Shown here piece by piece: positions 55,801-64,000 of a stretch of DNA of 64,000 nt (positions are counted from its first letter, which is position 1; each line of letters starts with the position of its first letter). Made by a program: the position numbers and the translations under genes. The notes under the pieces are model-generated. The model was not told where the DNA came from and ran no database searches. It saw nothing but the letters and a program-made list of their open reading frames with translations. This DNA comes from Catajapyx aquilonaris (taxonomy: Eukaryota), in the NCBI GenBank assembly GCA_000934665.2, contig KZ538085.1:1-64000 (forward strand), written 5' to 3'.

Positions 55801-57930
55801 TTTGGTGGAACTTTGGGACTTTACGGTTCTATCGACAGGGTGAACATGGTGAGGAAATTGCTTTCAAAATCTGCATTCGGTGCGACAAATATATGAAACT
55901 AAAATATGTATAATTGCCTTGAAAATTTTGACTCTAAGGCAGTGGAATGTTGCGTACCTAGATGCTTTAACTAGTCGTATAATTACTTAGGGTCCATTTG
56001 AAGCACGAAAGATGGAAAACAGCAGCATGATCGGGACTGGATTGACTCCTGAAGGAATCAACCAAAACTACGTAATATTCGACTTAATGAACGAAATGGC
56101 CTGGAGAAATGAACCTGTAATTCTGGATGATTGGTGAGTCGAATACAACACTTACAAAAGTTTTTGTACTTACTACTGTACGTAACATTTCAAAGGATGG
56201 CTGCCTATGCGATGAGACGTTATGGGAATTTTTCAGAAGAAGCTGCGGGAGCTTGGAAAATTCTCAAGGTGAGTTTGCACTTTGTGCAAAATGATTAAAC
56301 GAAATGAATTTTTTTATCGGAACCTACGTAGTTAATCAGTTCAGTTGTGTCAAGTATTAATCTTGCAATCGTTTTAAAGAACAAAGAGTCTTAATAATTA
56401 ATTTTTAGAAGGGTGTGTACAACTACAAGGGAATCATCTCCTTTCATGGGAAACATCTCTTGACAAAGAGACCTAAAATGAAGCTCAGAACTATGGTAAT
56501 AGTACCAGAGAATTTTTTGCATGACCTAGGCGTGACTAAATGCTTTGCAGGCCTAATAATAAGATAGTAACAATAATGCTTGAGGCATTGCATGGCATGG
56601 ATTAACAGACTGTATGTTCCTCGGCTCATTTTTAGGAAAAAATTATTAACTGTATAACGTACGCTGGAAATGGGCAGTATGTGTTTGTCAAAAGACCGCA
56701 GCTCCAACGGACTGAACCTGTGAGTACAATAGTTTGTCTGCGCATCTTGTTGAGTGTTGCATGCGTTTGTGTTGCATTGTTGCTTTGAACGTAAGTAATA
56801 ATGAAAATGCAATATTTAGTGAAACTTGTTAATTTTTGTTGAAGCTGTGGTATGATGTCAAAGAACTGGTTGAAGTGTGGGGCCTGCTGGTCAATTCCTC
56901 TGAAACATTGGGTCATCAACCGACCTTCAGGCATGACCTGGTCGATGTGACTCGTGAGGTGCTGCAAAATCTGGCTGCCCTTTTTTACAAGAAGTTCACC
57001 ACTGCCTTCACTGCCAACAAGACGCAAGCATTTGAGTTAGTCTCGTTCTTAATTGTTTCACACATTGCTATACGACTCTCACATGCTTGCCGTATTTTGC
57101 AGGAAAAACGCTGGACTTTTCCTGAGTGCTCTTAACGACATGGAGACAATCTTGGCATCGGAGCACACATTTTTGTTGGGTCGCTGGCTCAGTGATGCAA
57201 AATCTATTGCTGAGACTGAACAGGTAATACAGCATGAAATTGTCCGACACCTTGTTCAAAGTATAATTTGTCGATTGCTAACGAAGCTGACGAAGCATTA
57301 TTTTGGTTAGTTATTAATTGCTGCAGACTGAATTATGCCTAATTTTCTACCGCACTTTATTATTAGGACATGAGCCTGTTTGAGTACAATGCTCGTAATC
57401 AGATTACTCTGTGGGGTCCGAAAGGAGAGATTGTTGACTATGCAACTAAGCAGTGGTCAGGTTGGTTTCTCTGGTTGGTCGTTGGCGTTACGTTCAATTG
57501 TAATGTGCGTAATTGTTTTCAGGTGTCGTTTCCCACTACTACATTCCAAGGTGGAGACTTTTCATTGCCAGACTGAGAGCAAGTTTAGGCAACCAGAGTC
57601 AGTTTGACCAGGGAAAATTCAACGCAGATGTGTTCAGGAAAGTGGAGCAGCCGTTCACATTTGACACGAATGTGTTCCCAACTGAGCCACAAGGTAATGA
57701 GATGCAGCGTATAAGTACTGCCTGTTAACAGTTTTGTTCCTTCAGGCGATTCTGTAGCCATCGCCAAATATCTGCACAAGCAATGGATCGGAACATTTGG
57801 CCCCAAGACCCTGAAGCAGTTCCGCAAGAATCGCAGGGCATTCGAGAAGCTTCAGGTACTGAGAGAGCGAAGGCGCAATGAAAAAGCCCAATCCGGAAGG
57901 CTATTTCTCTCCTCCGAACTGTCCATCTGA
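52856..57930 (+). CDS. NAGLU: Alpha-N-acetylglucosaminidase (GH89)
   Basis: Signal exon; [93 protein letters not shown]. Multi-exon, with one GC donor near 54577. Confidence 0.95.
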
Positions 57931-58078
57931 ATGAAATACACTAAGCACCGATATCCACGAAGCAAGCAATTAAACATGAGTTATCATGTTGTCTACTTGT
58001 AATTAGTCATGCAGTACTGTATACCGCAATGAAATAATAAAAAAAATGTGCAAAATTCGATTTCGAATGTCGCGCCAT

Positions 58079-58152
58079 TCGTGACGTCACCCCTGAAGCA
58101 GGGTTGCCAGCTGAACAGCTGGCAACCCTGCTTCAGGAGTGACATCACGAGT
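58079..58152. promoter_or_regulatory. Palindrome in the NAGLU-OSBPL9 intergenic region (OSBPL9 promoter)
   Basis: Perfect 22-bp arms cctgaagcagggttgccagctg-aa-cagctggcaaccctgcttcagg (58092-58137), extended by gtgacgtcac/gtgacatcac flanks. Confidence 0.75.
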
Positions 58153-58349
58153 CAGCAGTTCCTTTCCATCCCGCCAGACGTCGCCTCGATCGCTCCTAAT
58201 TTCTGCGGCAGTTCTCTCTCTGTTTGTTCCATTCTTTTTTTTCTTTCTTTCTTTTTTTTTTCGTGTTCCAACAGCGTCGCCGTCGTCTGCCGTCGTTTGT
58301 GTGTGAGCCAGGCGTCGGCGTCGTGCTGCCAAGGGGTGCAGTTAGTAGG

Positions 58350-61300
58350 ATGTCGTCGTCCAGCCGGATGGAAGGCCCCCTCAGCAAGTGGACCAACGTC
58401 ATGAAGGGATGGCAGTACAGATGGTTCGTGCTGGACGACTCCGCAGGACTACTCTCTTACTACACCGTCAGTATAATTACTATTGTACCACCGCACTATA
58501 GGTCATACACAGCACAATAATTACATTGTGCATTGTACTGTTCGACGTACAGCAATGGCCACACTTGAACCGTAGAATGTTCACATGGGCGTTGTTGTCT
58601 TTTTGGAATAGCCATCTCCGCAGTTCCGGTTCATGCGGCGTCGAGTAATACCTAATAAAACAGCGCACGCTTCTTAAAATGTAAGGACACAGTTTTCTTA
58701 TCTAGTTGTGGAGACACAATCAGATTGATTTAACGACACATGATGACGCCTCATGTCTAAATTCATGGCCTAATTAAAGCCTAAAGGTGCGTTTACATGT
58801 GGGCGATTTGACGAGCTATGTCATCGCCGAGTATCGGAAAATCACCTCAAACACTTCGCTTGGTGACGCCTTCGCTCGTCAAATGGCTCACATGTAAACG
58901 CATCGTTGTTTATTTTATAGATTTATTTACCATACTCCGTGCTGAGGCTTGTTTTTATGTAAATGGCAGTAACTTGAAGCTCATTGATTTCATTTGCAGC
59001 TCTTAAATATGCGAAAAGTGTATCCTTACCCATGAAAATGTATTGACCTACTTGTGTACCATTCAGATATAAGTGGTTGGCAAAAGTTCAAAGCCCCCCT
59101 GGATGGCATGAAGCCTCAAAATTCGGGCCGTACCTCCTGTCGATCATTTGCAAACAATCGCTTATAAATCGAGTGCAGAGAGTGGAAGCAGGGGAATACG
59201 GATGTGTCGCTTCGCATGGCTGGTTGTGACGCCGATTCGTGCGTCACATGGCAGTAATCCTTTTTTAATTGATAGGTCATCACACTTTTAAAATGCGGGG
59301 AAGTGAGAAAAGTGGGTGTGGTGGACAACCCTTTTTTGTTATTGACTGATCAGCTGACTTCATCGTTTTGTAGAGTTGGCCTTGGCCTCTGATCGAATTG
59401 GGGTTCATCACTAATGCATGTCTTGCCCACACGCCATTCCTTAATGCCGCTGCTCCCCACCCAGTCTTTGTTGATCCCCCCAACCCCTCGTTGGTTGGTT
59501 GGGCAGAGGGGGGGGGGGGGGGGNNNNNNNNNNNNNNNNNNNNGGGGGGGGGGGGGGGGGGGGTGGGGATGGGGCGAAAAAATTGGGAAGGAAATTGCTG
59601 CTTTATAACAGTACTCTTAAAACTTGGAAAACTACTTTAAGCATGTACTTCCTGCATATTTCATGTCATTCTCCGAGCACGTGACTCTGCTGGAAATACA
59701 CCACCGAATTTTATAGTCATTGGATTTCACAGAGTGGGGAATGCGATAGTTGGTACCACACCAGGGCTGAAGCGTTCATCTGAGAATTGAAATCAATTCC
59801 CAATCATACTAACTGGCATCGCATGTAGAAAACGCCCTTCCCTCTTTTTTTCTGTCTGGACTTGGAAAATAATGGGGAGGGTGAAAAGTGAGTCATTAGG
59901 ACTAGACATTGACTCACAGTTCCTCCTCTTTTTGCAGCTGAGGATTAGGAAATAAAACTCTTCCACGCTAATGAACACTGATGGACGCATAGTGTGAAAA
60001 TGACATCATAAAAGAGAGCTGACCTTTAACCATTACATTGCTGCTTTCAGTACAGTTCTAAAAATTTGTTAACTAATAAGGATGATAGGGCTGATATGCA
60101 CCAAAAGGGACTCACTATATGATTATATGCATTGAAACAGTTGCGCATTTAATATCAGCGCTGGTCTTCCGCAGCGGAATTTATGTGGTTTTCCTTAATC
60201 ACATCCAGGATAATTGCTGGATGGTTTCCTTCTCGTAAGCCACAGACACCATGTCCTATCTTCCCCCTTTGGATGTGTCAGTCGGTAGACTTCCTTCACT
60301 GGCATGCAATTCGCTGTTCAGTAGTCTTTGAATTAGTTACACATTATTCTCTTTACCCTACCAGTGAACCAGAACACGCACCGGAAAAGTCCAGTGACCT
60401 CAATTTGTGTTTTGTGCTTTATACACTACTACTTTTGATTCAATGAAATATAAATTCCTGAGTTGAAAAAAAATTAAGCCAATGAGTTACTTCCATATAT
60501 TAAAGCTTGTTCATGAAGAACACCAACTTGTATTAGTTTGTTTATAATGTAACGGGGATGTTTTCGTATGACAGTGCAATTAGTTGCATTGCGGAGACGC
60601 TAGCGAGCACAGCTACATGAATATTTAGAGTAGGTTTTTGAAGAGTGGTGCAAGCGGAAGTAGGAAACAAATGGTTTGTGGCCCCTTGCCATTGACAGAA
60701 AAAGCACGGCATTCGTAAAAAATTTAAATCTAAGCACATGTGTTGTATTTTTGGACCGTTGGAAATCAGTTGGGGTTATTGACACTGGCTCATTTATAGC
60801 TTCCGTGACTGTAATGCCAACATTTTTTGTGTGTGTTACTTAACTCCCGGTACATCCGCCACCTGTCAGTCAAACGCTGAAACTGACTGATGCGCTTGGA
60901 GAGCGGTTTGGACATAACCTCTCTCCCCCTGTCCCATTATCTATTGACTTTTATATAATTTTTTCCTTACTGTGTGTGCTACTTATCTATTGAACATTGT
61001 TTCTTTCCTCGGCTCACATGATACACCGGTTGATGCCAAGAAATGCAACATTAATGTCAAGTCAGAAAGTATTTGCACCCGTCATTTTTAAAAAATTAAG
61101 ATTATTTTATAAAATTAATTGTGTGTAATCAGTGTATTAATCGGCAAAAATTGGACATCTGTCACTGCTTTATTGTTTTTGAGCTAATTACGATATTGTT
61201 GTTAAGTGTTTGACTTAATTTTGATGTCCCTTGTTACGTGTGGGAAAGTTACCTGGACCTATCCCAATTATTATTAGTAACAAAATTTTATCACTTCCTT

Positions 61301-61582
61301 GTGCATGTCATTGATTGGTGGTCTTTTATTACATTCTTCCCACATGTGTGACGTTGTGGCGCGTTGTGGAATCAGTCAAAGGAGAAGATAATGCGTGGAA
61401 CCCGCCGGGGCTGTGTCCGCTTGAAGGGAGCAGTGATAGGGATAGACGACGAGGACAACTCCACGTTCACAGTGACAGTGGATGGGAAGGTCTTCCATTT
61501 CCAGGCCCGGGATGACGAGGAGAGGGAGAGATGGGTTCGGGCTCTGGAAGACACCATCCTCAAACTTGCACACGTCAGCAGG
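58350..61582 (+). CDS. OSBPL9: Oxysterol-binding protein-related protein 9, first two exons (PH domain); gene probably continues beyond the window
   Basis: Exon 58350-58466 [39 protein letters not shown] and exon 61376-61582 [46 protein letters not shown]...[13 protein letters not shown]. Confidence 0.92.
58788..58902. mobile_element. Small MITE-like element in OSBPL9 intron 1
   Basis: 29-bp terminal inverted repeats tgcgtttacatgtgggcgatttgacgagc / gctcgtcaaatggctcacatgtaaacgca (2 mismatches). No clean target-site duplication is seen. Confidence 0.6.
59524..59543. other. Assembly gap (20 N) inside a poly-G tract
   Basis: N run flanked by G homopolymers; single Ns also occur in poly-C runs near 26238 and 42872. 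Confidence 0.95.
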
Positions 61583-64000
61583 GTAAGCAGATTTTGTTGT
61601 AAAATTATTTACAATATGTAAATGGCTACAACTGTCTGCTACACGTTACTCGAAATGATTACTGGCTGAAAAAATGTGACCAGTTGTGACTTCTCTTGAA
61701 CGCATTGAGCTGTTTGCTCAGATGTTATGAGATTTAATGCTGATGAGCAGTACTAATCTCCTGAAGCAGAAGGACCTTAAGATAACCAGCTGCAACCAGC
61801 AGCCACCAAACAGTCATCGAAAATGAGCGCGGCAGAGGCAAACAATGCTGTGAATCATCCATTGTGTATGTTCAGATGGTGACACTATGACGAGGATTGG
61901 AACCTTCATTGCCGTACCACCACGTACATACATCTACTATCGTGCTTTGTGGTACTAATTACTGGCAAGTTTTTGTGGCACATGTGTTTATGAGGTTACT
62001 GCACCGTTGGAAGAATCTCGTTATTATGTTAAGTATTTTGTAATTTTGTTGGGTAACTACTACTATCACGAGGGTAGTATTAATAGACCGGAAATAATGG
62101 TGCTCAGTCAGGATCAGTTGCATGGCTTTTATCCGGACGCAAAAAAAAAAGTCAAGGTCGAGCCGAAGGCCATGAAAAGCTAGCTGGGAGATCAAATCAA
62201 AAAAAAACTATAATAATATGTGCATGCAGATCCATTCCTTTTGTGTTGCCCAACACACACAGATGCTACACTTCACGTACAGTAAGCAGCAATTGCTGTG
62301 TACGTCAGCAATGTATGGGTTTCGTGATGTGCCGCTAAGCACCTGCCGCATAAGGGATGGGAATAAGCTGCTGCAAATCCAGGGTGTATCCAATGGAGTA
62401 CGAGATGGTACTGTACTGGCCTCAGTCTTGGGACGTTCCTCATTATCGTATGTAATGTGTTGGGAGGTGGTTAGTTTGGGCTGGGGCTAAACAACTGAAG
62501 CCGAGCTTCAGTCCTCGTTCATTGGGGAGGAATTCTTATTTGGTATCTAGGTGTCATTGTGAAGAGCGATTACAGTGCTGACGCTGCAGTGAAAGGATCA
62601 ACTACAGGCAATTGTCACACAGGTCCAGTTGCGTAGTTTCTTTCGTGCCAATCTTAACAACGTCAGCATCCATCTGAAAAAAATGTGTGCGCTGTGGGGA
62701 TTTGGTGCAGGATATACTTACAATGAAACGTGTAGCTATTCAAACTTGCCCAACGTTCTTTACCATTCTGCCAAAAGTCCTGCATCGTTCACAATTACGA
62801 GAGTCTTAAATCAACTGAAATCGCTCGTAAAACAGACTGTGTATTGAATGCGTACGCCATTACTAAGGCAATCCACTTGAAAAGCCGAGAGAGTCCCCTG
62901 GAGATTATTTGGCATTTTATGTAGCAGTAATTATGAGGGTATGGTTTGTAGATAAGTGCAGATAACATTATAACAGATAAGTGTTTGATGGTGACAGGCA
63001 GACTCACTTTGGCAGAGAGATACCTGGTTACTTTGGGTGAAGCTACTGTTTACGTAGAAATGGTTGCTATCTGTTGGCAAGATAACTAAAGCAGATGATG
63101 GGAAAATAACACATCAGGAGATACTTCGGAAGCGAAAAATAAGTTGACAGCGAGTGACGAAAGTGTGAATTTCTTTTCAAAAGTCGCAAGCACTGTAGAA
63201 TACACAATTACACTACACGTTCAAAAATTAACGACGCTGCATCATTATTAAGTGATCCTAACATGTTTGGTTTTAGCCTCAATATGGAAATATGAGCAAT
63301 TCCACGTAAAAGTAAACATCTGGGACAAAAATTGAAAATGACTTGTTGGCAATGTGTGATACGTCGTTGGAATCAGAAAGAACCCAAATTGCGGCTTCTG
63401 AAATATATTTTGACATGGAACCTGAACTGGTAAAAGAAATTGCACCTGAATGTGTTACATTGTGAATGCGAAGTTGTGCATGAAATCACATGAACTTTGA
63501 CAGGCTTAAATGGGAACTTAAAATAAAAATAAATCCACTTTTCTTTGCACGGGGCTCAAGTCGAGGATGAAATGACCGCGTTCCTTGATGGAGAAGGACA
63601 GTCATTCGACATAAATGGTTGATCTTGGCATCAAAAGTGGACTCCGCGCGGTGTGTGGGGTGTAACGAAATAGATAAAAAAGTTTATGACAATGAGTGGG
63701 TTTTAGGGCAGTGGTGCTAGTTTTCAATATTCATTGACTAGACACCGTGAGCAATGTCTCATGTGAATTGAAAGTCATAGAATGCCACCAATTTCTGGCA
63801 GCATTGATAAGGAAGTTGTTATGGGGTGTAACGTTACACCCCTCACGTGGCACGGGTATGGGGTGCAACATATGCTCTATTCCCGTTTAAATGAAGTAGA
63901 GTCGTACATATTGTCACATTATGCTGAAAATTGTCTGATTATCTATACAGTAATATGATACAGGCCTACTGTACGCATGGGTGAAGGAATTCCCCACTCA

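Overview
This is eukaryotic DNA from a compact, intron-containing genome, most likely an arthropod (inferred from gene content and many 50-120 nt introns; the species cannot be named). The left part (1-26 kb) is a minus-strand block of secreted or surface proteins. It holds four tandem 5-exon paralogs of an unrecognised ~436-437 aa signal-peptide protein with a long beta-strand-like V/T/S/G/D/A-rich body; one copy is frameshifted and there is an orphan fifth 3' end. It also holds a trypsin-fold pseudo-protease lacking all three catalytic residues and four divergent Cys-patterned (DUF19-like) paralogs, some probably GPI-anchored. The right part (28-64 kb) holds conserved genes: TMEM59-like, USP37-like, MNK/Lk6, RpL31, NAGLU and the 5' part of OSBPL9. 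Notable signals are the novel beta-rich family with a homogenised N-terminal module, an intronic 7-unit repeat pairing YY1/PHO-like and IR-1 ecdysone-response-like motifs, duplicated mutually exclusive exons in NAGLU, three candidate first exons of MNK, and several long hairpins. All gene models were spliced by eye; no database searches were run.
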